Shown here one piece after another: positions 11,801 to 23,506 of a DNA stretch of 64,000 bases. A program made the translations under genes and the position numbers. The notes under the pieces are model-generated. The model ran no database searches. It saw only the letters and a program-made list of their open reading frames with translations, and was not told where the DNA came from. Numbering within the stretch: position 1 is the first letter of the stretch; every line of letters begins with the position of its first letter. The DNA is taken from the NCBI GenBank assembly GCA_965645245.1, contig OZ287070.1, positions 992,001 through 1,056,000 of the forward strand, given 5' to 3'. This DNA comes from Massalongia carnosa. Its lineage: Eukaryota.

Positions 11801-14800
11801 AGTTGTTTTTTTTTCCTTGTCGTAAATGGGGAGTAATATTGTCTAAGGAGATGAATTCTCCAGCTGCTAGCTTATATATGATCGCTAGCATATTGAATGA
11901 TGTAATGACTCCTTGCGGGCCTACTCTTTAATAGTCGTCATTCTCTTTGTGAAGCTAAGATATAAAGCTGATGCGGCGATCGTGCTGTATACAGCAAACC
12001 TGAACATCAGTTCGAAAAATATAGCATGGATAGTGAAAGAGTAGAAAATACAAAGTAATCGTACGAAAAGGTATATTGATAGAATTTCTCAAATCTACAA
12101 GAAAGACTTATGAAGTATTTTCTCAGTTGATTCTCAGCTGATTAATGAAAAATCGGAAGATAAAGTTCTATGTTACGGTTCTTTGAAAAATGAATTTTCT
12201 CAATATCTGGTGTTCGCTAGGATCCCAAAAAAATAATTCAATCTTATATACCGTTGTACCAAACGCCTTTGACCCATCAGTCACTTGATTAAGCTAGTGA
12301 TCATGCAATCCTCTCAAGCTCATCCAGAAATACATCTTGAGTTTTTGGATTGAGATTATCGACTCACGAGATCATTATAAAATCAATCCATAGATGGATC
12401 CTAAACCTTCTTACTCAAAAGCCCCCCCACCCTTAACATTCGAGTGATGAGGCGTTTGATTATTTCGTTATGAAAAATGCATTGGGCTGATCTGCTGTTA
12501 AAAGGCATAGTCCATTCTCTGTGACTGAGCCGGAAAGGTACACTTTTCATATTCATTCTGAGTATCTCAGTGAGTATAACGTTATGGTTTTTGATCTCGC
12601 TGATGACGACTATGTGCTGCTCATGTACTCCTGCGGCTCAGATCATAATTTCAAAAGCTAGTTCTCTAGTCTTTCCAGGGCTTTAATTGAATGCGTAGAG
12701 AAATTTCCCTCAAGTGGGCTGCCTGGGCCATTTTGGAAGTCCTTTCTTTGATTACAGCCAGAGAATACAGCCAAATTGGTTTCTATGTGGTTCAATGACC
12801 TTACGAGGTTGCCTGCCTGAGGAGTTCCGTGTTGCTGATACCAGGGAGACGAGCTGCAAACGAGTGAAGACCCTAATGGCTGAGGTCTTGAGTTGAGAAT
12901 ATTCGACTCTTGTTATTGGGACGCTAAATACTTAGATGAACCAAACAGTCTCTGAACTGGAATGGCGATTTCGAAAAGAGCCCGGAGAAGTCATTTTGAT
13001 AAAATCAACGATAACAAACCTTAGCTCAAGAAGAGGAGAGCAGCGCGGCACGTTGATGAGAAGCTTGAGGGACAGTAGAGTCTGATGGAGGCAGGAAGTG
13101 TCACGTTAAGAAATCCCTATAATATTATTATAATTTATAGAGAGAAGCTGTGCCACCTTCCCGACTTCAGATCTCAGATAGTAGCCGCACTGATATTTAA
13201 ATGCTGTCTTGGGAAGTTAATTCTATCCAGGCCCTGAATTTATATTTGATCAAGCGAGTTGAACAGCCAACTGAGAACTTTCCTTTAAACAGAATACAGT
13301 TTTTATTGAATGCGAAGGTCAATGGTAAAGCTTCGTTCAGAACTTCTCCTATACAGCTATATTACCGATTCTAATGGTGTCCCGGAATAAGTTCGTAAGG
13401 CTCGTGTTTTATTGTGAACTTCTGCTACTTTCCATAGATGTATTTAGTTCTGCGCTTTGTGGGAAGGGTAGCCCATATCAAGGTCCATCACCCAATGAAG
13501 GCGGTTATAGTTCACAGCAGACTTTTGAACTTCAAACTGATAGTTGTATATAGTAAATGCACGAGGGCATTCTACCCCGTAAGCCGGCTTCCAAGATGTC
13601 CTGTCCTTTCTGCCTAGATTCTTGGAAATCCTGGAAAGGAGCATTGTTCCCCAAATATGAAAGCTTATATTCCCAATCAATTAACTAAGCATACTAGAGA
13701 AGGTTTATACGTAGCCATTGCTAATGTTGATTTACAACTCGATTCGTGCGCAGTCCCGTTGGAGCATTCGTAGCGTAGTCTTTCCGAGCAACTAATTCAG
13801 TTTTTCCAGATCCAGGCCATGTACTCTCAACTGTGACGCGGTAGAGCAGATTGGTCCAATCCAAACGCCGGCGTAACGTAACGAGGTCATCAACTTTAGG
13901 TTAAATTTTGTCATTACACACAGCATCTCATGACCCACGAGTCAGTGATTTCGTCGCAAGCTATAGGTTAACTTCAAAGCTAGCGCTTTCGGAGATTTAT
14001 TCTCGAAAAACGCTGACTTTGTTAATAAAATATCTTCACTTTCACTCCAAAAAACAATCCCTTAGAGCGCGGGTTATATGAACTGCGGATTGAGAAATCC
14101 TAGACAAACGCCGTCTAGTCAAATAATGCGGCACGAGTCTCTTAGGGACGTATGGTTTAAGCAGAAGAGCAGTTTGGATAATATATGCCTCTTGTAAACG
14201 GGCTTCGGATGAATTCTTGATTCACGCCCATCATTATGATAGAGTTCTGCTCAGAATTAGATAACAAGTAGTACTGTCTGCAGGAAAGAAACTGAAGAGA
14301 GCCTCTCTCCCAATGACGACTTGAATTTGTTTTCCAACTGAATGAGAGCTCGTCGGGTTTCTAGAAGAAAATGAAAAATGAAGGCTGAAGGCTTGTTAAG
14401 GATTCTGAAGTAACAGAATATACACAGTCTACATAGCCAGTAAGACTTTATTAAGGATTATATAAGTCTTCGCAGATGAGAATAACCATGGCCATGATGT
14501 GTGATCTTGTCCCAACGTAAAGGCTTTGAATATCTATTATATCAGCTTAACCAAATCACAAGGCGAGTGTAATAATCTACAAGTAGTGAACGGAAGCCGC
14601 CTGGAAAGGATCCTATTGGTTGTGTCGACTAGGAGAGCAGTCATCGACGTATCAAAGAGTCAATAAATCTGACGATAACCTTGAAGTGCTTGAAATTGGA
14701 CGAGAAGGCTTTACAAAGTACAACCACCATGAAGCTAAAATGTTACAGATAGCTACATCCACAATGACTAAGCAAACATTCCATGCCACTCATGCCTTGC

Positions 14801-15295
14801 CTCAGTACCTCAGACGTGCGTGGCTCAATGAGCCGGCTAAGCCCCTCCGGGTTAGCCTATTTTCGCTAAGCCCCTTCGGGTTAGCGTCGCTGCTGACTAA
14901 CATCAGTGCGATAGCACGTCTGAGCGCAAAACTCAAAATTACGGCCAGATCCGCGTAATAAAAATTTTAGCAGTGCAACCATTCCTTTTATGGATTTAAT
15001 ACAATGATTAGGGTCGTATTAGTTTACCAGAGACTGTATTTTATACCAAAAACGCACCTCTCAAGATGGATGACTCGATAATCATGTGTTATAACTACTG
15101 TCAGGCTAAGAAAAGCGATGTGAAAGTCGATTAAGTGATAAATTGTTCGCTTTCGCTCAATTTTGAGGTTGATGAACTGATTATTTTCATGTGGCGCGAT
15201 TACATTGAGTTACAAAGATCATGATGATATGAATAACGACGGCCAATCAATGGTATTGTATGATTTATCTAGATTGAAGCTATCTGACGAAAGCC

Positions 15296-17973
15296 ATGGC
15301 TCTTGTCGGGGGCCCCTCCTCGCCACTTACCGACCTACGGACAAGTCCCTTGACTCCCGCCGGTGCGCTCAAGCGGCCCCACCCATCGCCGTCAGGCAGT
15401 AATGATAGCTCACCCTCTTCCTCCTCCCCTCCTGCCTTACCTGAAAAAAATGGAGGCGCGAAACGCCACGCCGGCGCATATCAGATTACGACAAGCTGGT
15501 TGAGGTGCTTAAATTTCTGAGCTCTCTAAATTGGTCGGTAAAAGATTTTTTATCAACACTTTGTAAGAATCGAGCCCGTCATAGTATGCGAAAGGCGCAA
15601 GGCCAGCTCTTCGATTTTGTCTATGTCGATATTGTGCGGCAAGAAGACTTTTCAAGCCTCATTGGGCCTGGTAGAATATCCACTATCCTTCGCGAGAGAG
15701 GATGGGTTTGGGCCGCGGATGTGCTTCGTGAAGAAATCAAAGCTTTGGCAGATCACGCAGCCTTTGGCCCTTTCCAGCCGCCCTCTGCGACAGTCGAGTT
15801 TGGGACCTTGGAGGCTATTAAACTTGCTGCATCTGCCGCCAAGCAGTTGGCGCCACGATGGCTTGAGCTAATTGATAGTGTTTGTCGCGAGGCTCGCCCG
15901 CAGGAACCTCTCGATGTGACGTTGGATTCTCCCAGCGGCCGGCACACCGTTATATTGGCAATGCTTTGTCACAAATTGCGACCAAATAAGGCGACCAATA
16001 TTCAGTCCGTCTTAGGCCTTTATATTTATCAAGGTGGGGCGAGGCGGCGAGTTCTAGATACACTCTGTCATTTTGACCTGACGATGTCATATACTACCCT
16101 GCAGCGGCGCATGTTGTCCTTGATTAAGGAGGCCGAACGAAAGGTTCAGATGCTAGGACAAGGCTCAAACATGATCTTGACATACGATAACTTTGACTTC
16201 GCAGAAGGTAAACGAGGAGAGCGCACGGGGGATAATAGAGACGTCAGATCAATCACTACCGCTCTAATTTTCCAGGGGCAAGGATTCGATGCCGGCGCTT
16301 TGAGGCAGGATATGTGGCGCCCCGCCACGCATCTTTTATCAGCTGAAAGAATTGCGCGAAAGCTGGAGACTGGTGATCTCGAGATGCAGGTGAGTTCAAT
16401 ACAGGACGAGGTGTATATACCGCGCTCAATCGCTAATGCACCGCGTACCTAGATTCGTCTTCATCATCTAGAGTCAGCGATTCGAGCGCTTTATGGCCCA
16501 GAGATCGGCGACGTTCAACTTCCTTGGTCGACTGCAATGCCCGTGCTGAATAAGATGAAAAAATACAAGACCAATTACATTCCTATCAAACCAGTCATGA
16601 AGGATGAGAGCACAACATCTAATAATATTCAAATATTGGAGGATATATTTGTGCGACAGTTCAAGTTCAAGGAGGATGACTCGACGTTTGCGAGCGTCAT
16701 TCGGCTTATCTATGGTGACCTCAAGACATGGTCGAGAATGCAATCTGTCAAGGAATTACGTCGTGGGATATCGGAGCAATCTTTCGATCGGTTCGACTGG
16801 ATTTTACCGGGATTAGGGTTATGGCATCTTCGCTTTAACATGCTGCAGCTTATTCATAAAATACATTGGGGAGAGGCCCAGCCGGTTGATCCTTCGACTC
16901 TTCAATATGCCGCCGATCGGTGGGGCCGCGCTCGTGTCGTGCAGCCGAACGATTTCCAGGCCTTAGAGGATCTGATCATTCAGAGCTATCAAGCTAGAAT
17001 CGTTGGGACGTGGATTAGGTTTTTACGAAAGGATGGATATGCTCCGCAGCGAATCGAAGCAACTATTTCGTGGCTCACAGCGCAGACTTGCGGGCAGGAT
17101 GGCACCTGGATGAATATGTTGGGCAGGATATCTCGCAAACTTCACGCGGAATTACCCTCAACGTCAATAGATATGCTTCCTCCAACGCTTGATCAACAAT
17201 TTCAGAATCATCAGAACTTCTGTGATCACGTTGAATCGTATCTAACACTTCGATACGCAATCAAATATGCGGATATTGGACTACTTCGTCACGCATTGCG
17301 CCACGCAACGGTGATCTTTCAGGCAAGCGTAGCTGGCACCCCGAAATATGCGCAAGCTCTTCTATACACCCTTCATGCGATTGATTCTTCCGCAGCGACC
17401 ATAAGGCTACAGGAAAGTATTTTAATGAATAGTCTTGTCAATTTACGCGGTGACGAAGAGTCGAGTTTTGAGACTGATCGGCTTTTAGAGATACTAAACA
17501 ATAACCTCAAGACGTTCCAGCACGAGCGATCTTATTTTTCAAAGTATAGTGACACCTTGCTCGAGAACTGGGCACTCAACGGTCCATATCTTATGAAGCT
17601 CAAAGAAATCGTTGAGTTTTACTTTGGAAGAGTCAACTCTTCAAGGCATCCAGCAAAATCGGCCGCAGAGGATGTGTGGGGCATGGCTACGGCACTAGCG
17701 CATAAATCACTCTGTAAAAGAAGCTATGATCGATTTTCAACTAATCCAACAGCTAATCTTTATGTTGAGGGATTGAAGAAACTTGGAGAAAATGTATTAA
17801 AATACAATCAGCAGTATCTTTCCGAAGAAATTTCAAAAGAAATTTCAACAGACGACCTTGAGGGTAAGTATGAAGCCGAGCCCGATTTTGTCAATGAAAC
17901 AAAGCAGGTCCCCGACAGCCCTGTCATTTCAATGGCCCGTCTCGAGATATCCGGCGGTATGTTTTTTGATTAA
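15296..17973 (+). CDS. Academ/DUF6589-type DDE transposase; frameshift at A7 run 15444-15450; intron 16390-16452
   Basis: Motifs LTYDNFDF, IYGDLKT, LPGLGLWHLRFNML, AIKYADIG, FETDRLLEILN; intron GTGAGT...GCTAAT...CTAG joins ORFs 15505 and 16537 in frame. Confidence 0.85.
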
Positions 17974-18032
17974 ATCATCGATACCACGAGATAGCCTAGT
18001 CATGTAAATCCGCGCCGCGCGGCTTTACAGAG

Positions 18033-20208
18033 TCAGAGGTAGCGGACGGGGCACTTTCTTTCTTGTCTAGATCGTGTCGGAGGAAGGGCCATGGGTACAT
18101 TCAGCGACAACGCTTCCATAGGATCTCGAGGCGCTTTTTTGGTCTTTGATGCCTTCATCGATGATTTAAGAGCATCAACATTGTCAACAACGAGCGCCGC
18201 ATCGGAGATATTGTGATTAGGCGCAGGATTCTCGCCCGATGGCTCCGTGCTCTCGCTTTCCTTCGAGACTTTCTTCTTGACCGCATTTCGCTTTTTAAAA
18301 ACCTTTCTCGACATATATCCTTGTTTGATCATCCAGTTTTTCCTCCGTTCCTCAAATTCAATACTGGCGGAGTTGCATGTTAGGCTGGGTAATCGTTTTC
18401 TCTTTATGTCGTTGTGTCGTTTCCATTCCTCGAACATGTCTCCCTCGTCTAATCTCATTGCTTGACCCCGCTTTAAAATTTCTAAAAGCTCGGCGCCGTA
18501 GGGCCTAATACCAGTCCATGTGTTACCAATCCATCGCCGCATGGTGGGCTCGTCCACAATCTGATCCGCCCAAGTGGTCAAAGAATTCAGTACCTCATCG
18601 GGCATTATCAATGATGGGAAGTATCGCATATGTGAATTTGGGAACTTTTCCTGCGCCTTGGCCTCCCTCCATTCTCGAAGTTTAAGGGTGAACCAAGGCC
18701 GCCTAGACGAGTCACGCTCGGCCGTTCTATTTAACATCTCATTGGCGGCTGTTGATGTCTGAAAACTTGGATCGCAAATTGAACAGCAAGGTTGCGGCTT
18801 AACATAGGCCGACGTTGGATACACTTTATCATTGAAGAAATTCAAGCCAATACCTCGAACGCAACCATCTGAAGGCACATTGATTATCTCCCAAAGACCC
18901 GGTGGCATATCTCGTCGCCGATCAGCATCCTTTTGATTGATGCGGCGTTTACTGGCCTTGGATTCAATCTCGATTCCCGCGTCATATCCGTCCTGTTCGT
19001 CCATTTTTGATCCGCTTCTTGGACCCATGCACCAAGAAGGATGCAAAAGAGTAAAATGCGCCTGTCCTCGACCGCAACGCAAAGCACAACCTAAACGTTG
19101 GTATAGCTTCGCCATTGACGAGGGTAGCAGCCATTGCGTAACTCTCATAACGTCTGGATTATCAATACCAAGCCCGTATGCATCCGTTGCGATCAGGATT
19201 CGAGGAAATTTACATTGATTCGAGGGCATTTCGAAGCGAGCCGCAATCCTTTCTTTGTCTTGGGTGGCCATGTCGGAAAAGAAAGGCGCGACCCAACTAG
19301 CAGCCTCAATTGGATAGGACAATTGATTCATCCATACTTTCATTAGCGCACACGCCTTTTTGATAGATGAAATTGAATCCATGAAGATAATCGTTTTCGG
19401 AATATCAAAAGGACTCTCAGCCCGTGTTGGTAAAAGATGTTGAAGATCGATCATGCTGTTCATAGGCCGCTGTAGACTGCTTGTCTGTATGTATATCTCT
19501 GGACGATCAATTGCTGTTTGAATAACAGTACTTTCGTTATCAAAGCCACAGCGATCTTTAACGCTCTCTAGGGTTCTTGGATCCAGCGTTGCAGACGCAC
19601 CCAGAAAAGGAATACCATCTGGTAATCGTGTACGAAGCACACCGAGATTGAAGTATTCGGGCCGGAAATCTCGCCATTCGGATACAAGATGCATCTCATC
19701 AAGAGCTAAAAGACATAAATTCAAGAAGAAACTTGGATGCCTCAGAACCTCCTGATTAAACAGCTTTGACGTCGCTATCTCTGGGCTAGTAAAAACTATT
19801 CATATTAACGAGTAAGTTTTTATATTTATCTCAATCATAATTTGAATACACACCATGCGTATAATTGTTTTCACGAATTAACTTTAAATTAGAAGAATTA
19901 TTACTATCACCGTCCAACACGAAAGGCTTGCATCCCTCGATAACGCTCAATTTCTTGCACTGTTGAGCTTCTAAGGTCTTGAGAGGCATGATAATTAAAG
20001 CGATCTTAAGACAAGAGAACATTAATGGCATAGCTTGAAAGATAATACTCTTTCCAAATCCAGTCTTGGCGATAAATATCAGATCCTTTTGATCTTGTGC
20101 TAAAGTCATGATAGCGTCAACTTGCTCATTCTTTGGATAAAAGCCGAATTTACTTAAAATCACGGTCGTCACCTGCTCGCGAGTTATCGACGCTATAGGA
20201 TCGTCCAT
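18033..20208 (-). CDS. RecQ-like superfamily 2 helicase; exons 20208-19854, 19795-18033
   Basis: AKTGFGKS (I), MPLK (Ia), VFTSPE, LDEMH (II), SAT (III), ATDAYGLGID (V), YQRLGCALR (VI), Zn-binding C...CCSIC, HRDC-like LREWR...PSLIMPDEVL. Confidence 0.92.
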
Positions 20209-20806
20209 TTCGATGTGTTCGCGAGCGATATTCGACGATTCGCGAGTTGGATTCTTAGCCCGCAAAACGCACATCAAGCAAGTTCATCACATTCAACGAT
20301 TTTAGGCTTTCGAAAACAACGCTCGGAGGATCAGATTAATGATCAGAAGCGCCGACAATGAAAAACTGGAGCTAGTGACCCGTTGAGTCTGCTGTGGTGG
20401 TGTCGAAATTTCGAGTCAAAGTCGAGTCCTCGTCGCGAGATCGATATTGCGACTCAATTTTGCATCGATATGTAATTAAAATATTGATTAATCGATAGAA
20501 TGTATATCAAAGCATCATTTCTATTATTACATAATTTATGAAATGTCGTTGCGCGTTGTTGATTCCGCCGTCAACTTGATTCTTGATGATTTTTGAGGTT
20601 AAGCCAAAAATTTGTATGAGCGCGCACCAAAATAAGCCGGATCTGACAAAAATACAGAGTTTTGCGCTCAGACGTGCCGCCCGTAGCATGCGTAGTCAGC
20701 TAAAGGGCCGCTAACCCGAAGGGGCTTAGCGAAAATAGGCTAACCCGGAGGGGCTTAGCCGGCTCATAGAGCCACGCACGTCTGAGGTACTGAGGCAACT
20801 CATGCC

Positions 20807-20992
20807 TTGCCTCAGTACCTCAGACATGCCCAGCTAAGCCCCTTCGGGTTAGCCTTACAGAACGTTAAGCCCCTTCGGGTTAACAGGCAGCCACGTTAGT
20901 CAGCTGGGACGCTAATCCGAAGGAGCTTAGCGAAATGGGCTAACCCGGAGGGGCTTAGATGGCTCCTAGAGCCCACGCACGTCTGAGGTACT
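20807..20992. mobile_element. Non-autonomous miniature (MITE) relative of the AcademH element, ~190 bp
   Basis: Starts TTGCCTCAGTACCTCAGAC, holds four copies of the 21-bp subterminal hairpin, ends CACGCACGTCTGAGGTACT followed by TATGCC (degenerate TSD). Confidence 0.85.
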
Positions 20993-21275
20993 TATGCCAG
21001 TAAGAGGTATAACTTCGCCCGAATAAGTTAGCCAAAGTTTGCTATTTTGACATCCGCCTAGTTGCCCTTCGCCTCGACTTTTCTCATCCATAGAATTCAG
21101 CTGATGGTTCAGTCACTTGAAAGCAAAAATCCACCAACACCTCGCTCAACTTGCTCGGCTATGTTGAGTACGGCAAATCCAGTCACCGAAGAAAAGTTTT
21201 AGAAATTCCAGGCTTTTTTGTTAGATCACTGGATCAGAATCTCGATTTTGGTGTTTTATTACGGGATTGCGTAGT

Positions 21276-21565
21276 TGTTGAATATTCAACTCCTACCAGT
21301 ACAGTGAACACCTACCAGTTCAATGAACATAGCACCTACGACTGCCCAAGATGGACAGAGCACCTACAGAAACCGTAGATGCCGTATTAGGCTTAGCCTA
21401 GAGATTAGATAAGATCAGCTCAGATAATCTTATCACCTCGCTTAGCAGAGGGTGACCAGTTATGGGACAAAGACTGCTGAACAGCACTCTTCATCCTTAA
21501 CATCACGGTCATACATACCATTTTTATCATAGCCATATAGCCATAGTCATATACCTATTTCAACA
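21276..21565 (+). repeat. 5' LTR of copia element
   Basis: TGTTGAATATTCAAC...TTTCAACA, repeated at 26892-27181. Confidence 0.98.
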
Positions 21566-21577
21566 GGTTATGAGCCC
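21566..21577 (+). promoter_or_regulatory. Primer-binding site GGTTATGAGCCC (internal initiator tRNA-Met type, as in Ty5/copia)
   Basis: Immediately follows the 5' LTR; matches the half-tRNAiMet PBS type. Confidence 0.85.
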
Positions 21578-22122
21578 GGAAGGGCGCTATCGATTCAGTC
21601 ACGAATCGAATTGCTCATCCGCAGCACTACAGTGCATAATAGCTAAGCATCATCGTTTACAAAAAAAAAAAACCCCTTAGATGCAATACTAAAAAATTTC
21701 TTTGCGTACTTAGAATTTACCTCACCACGATTATCTATCGTGAACTACGCACACGCATCATTACACGAAATTCAAATGCACAATACCTACAAAGACCTTG
21801 GACACCAGACAGGCCGTTAGCCCAAAGGCCCAAGGCAATCTCAACAAACCTTTGAATAGCGTGTATGCCTGGAGATTAGAAGGAACGATGAACCTCTAAA
21901 GACCAAAGGATACCACTATGTCAACTAGGTTCAGGGAGCAGGAAGAGATACAGACCCATCTTGGAAAAGTAGTCCTTCCTTGCCAAAAGAGATTTCTTGA
22001 ACGCCACAGAAGGGAAAACATGGGAGTAGTGAAAGTGGAAGAACCCTGTTTCATTTAACAGGCCCTGTGCCTGTTAAATGAAAACGGTATATCCCTGTTC
22101 AGACTCTGTTTTTCCTTGTCGT

Positions 22123-22373
22123 CAAGTGATAGATAAAAGTTCACTAGGATACAAGCCGATGATAGGTCAAAGTTCATCAGGTTACAATCAAGCCACCAAG
22201 TGATAGATAAAATTTCACTAGGATAGAAGCCGATGATAGATCAAAGTTCATCAGGTTACAATCAAGCCACCAAGTGATAGGTAAAAGTTCACTAGGATAC
22301 AAGCCGATGATAGATCAAAGTTCATCAGACTACAATCAAGCCACCAAGTGTTAGACAAATTTTCACTAGGATA
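22123..22373 (+). repeat. 74-bp tandem repeat, ~3.4 copies, in the copia 5' leader
   Basis: Units start CAAGTG(A/T)TAG at 22123, 22197, 22271, 22345. Confidence 0.92.
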
Positions 22374-22564
22374 TGGGCTTGGAGCAAATATTGCTAGGAC
22401 AATGAGGTGCATGATGATAAGTAAAAGGAATGCTGCTTGTTTTTCTCATAAGGAGAAGTCAACACATCATCCTCCTACTTTATCCCTCACACATTGTATT
22501 ATAGAACTCTAAGATATAAAAATCAAGTTCTTCATTCACAAGCTTTCTACTCTTCATTCACAAG

Positions 22565-23506
22565 ATGTCTAGTTCTACTCAAGACGTGATTCAGTTGTTA
22601 GAAAAAGCGGAAGATTATCCACAATGGGTTGTGCACACCGAGGGCATTCTGAAGCAAAAGAATTGTATCTTTGCTATTCAAGACAACATTGCCGCTATCA
22701 CGTATCAGACAGTCAAGCGCAAGTACTTGGAGATGGGCTTCACCGAGGCGAATCTCAAGGATGAACAAATCTTTACCAAAGTCGGAGCTGACGTTGAAAA
22801 GCAGAGCCTTCTCATGCTCAAGGCCGAAGGAATCATTCAAATGCGTGTCGCCCCACAGCATCACACTCTGATATCAACCCGCACAGCTGGCGATATGTGG
22901 AGAATCTTGAAGATCAAGTTTCAGGACATCGCACCCATGAGCATCACCGACATTCTCTACAACATGAACTCCAAGAAGATGACGAATTATGAGAATGTCA
23001 CTCAATACTGCGCTGAGTATGAAAAAGCATTGAACTCCATAAAAGGCATGATAGATGAGGACTCGGAACTGAACGCAAAGGGAGCAGAACAAGTCCTTCA
23101 AGGATACTTGTTACGAAACGTCATCGAGGACTATCTACCCCTTATAGCTCAACTTCGTCGGGATTGGATTACTGGCAGATCGAACCTCACGACTGCATGC
23201 AGATCAATCACCGCTTACTCCATCAGCAGGCCAGAGAGGAAGGCACTCCACATCAATGCTTCCAGAACTGGCGTTGCCGGAAACAACGGAAAAGCACCAC
23301 CAGGAACTTGCACCTTTCCAGAATGTGTCCGAAGAGGGCGGACTTCCCACTTACTAGAGAAATGCTTTCAGAAATACCCAAATCTGAGACGTCAAACATA
23401 CCCCTTGGAGTCTATGAAGACAAGAGGAACAAGGACCTCTGATTCCAAAACGGAAACGGTCCCGACATCCACTGTATCAACAGACCTACCAACTGTGAGC
23501 AGTTGA
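22565..23506 (+). CDS. gag: Copia Gag
   Basis: 313-aa ORF; LEKAEDYPQW N-terminus, TAGDMWRILK, Zn knuckle CTFPECVRRGRTSHLLEKC. Confidence 0.9.
   Translation: MSSSTQDVIQLLEKAEDYPQWVVHTEGILKQKNCIFAIQDNIAAITYQTVKRKYLEMGFTEANLKDEQIFTKVGADVEKQSLLMLKAEGIIQMRVAPQHHTLISTRTAGDMWRILKIKFQDIAPMSITDILYNMNSKKMTNYENVTQYCAEYEKALNSIKGMIDEDSELNAKGAEQVLQGYLLRNVIEDYLPLIAQLRRDWITGRSNLTTACRSITAYSISRPERKALHINASRTGVAGNNGKAPPGTCTFPECVRRGRTSHLLEKCFQKYPNLRRQTYPLESMKTRGTRTSDSKTETVPTSTVSTDLPTVSS

Larger units (their letters stand above)
14797..20798. mobile_element. AcademH-type DNA transposon (~6.0 kb): long TIRs, 8-9 bp TSD, convergent transposase and RecQ-like helicase
   Basis: TIR TTGCCTCAGTACCTCAGACGTGCG... 14797-14886 vs 20709-20798 with one mismatch in ~90 bp and imperfect homology to ~160 bp; (A)CTCATGCC duplicated at 14788-14796 and 20798-20806; gene content fits the AcademH lineage. 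Confidence 0.88.

Noticed and set aside
9000..14780. Short ORFs and possible gene relics; possible Starship captain
   Set aside because: No recognisable domain motifs, many stops; no DUF3435/tyrosine recombinase signature seen
20807..20960. Regularly repeated 21-bp palindromes resembling a CRISPR array or bacterial terminators
   Set aside because: Eukaryotic context, orientation flips mid-array, spacers too short; they are transposon subterminal repeats
22123..22373. Tandem array as CRISPR
   Set aside because: Whole 74-bp units repeat with no unique spacers; it lies inside a retrotransposon leader
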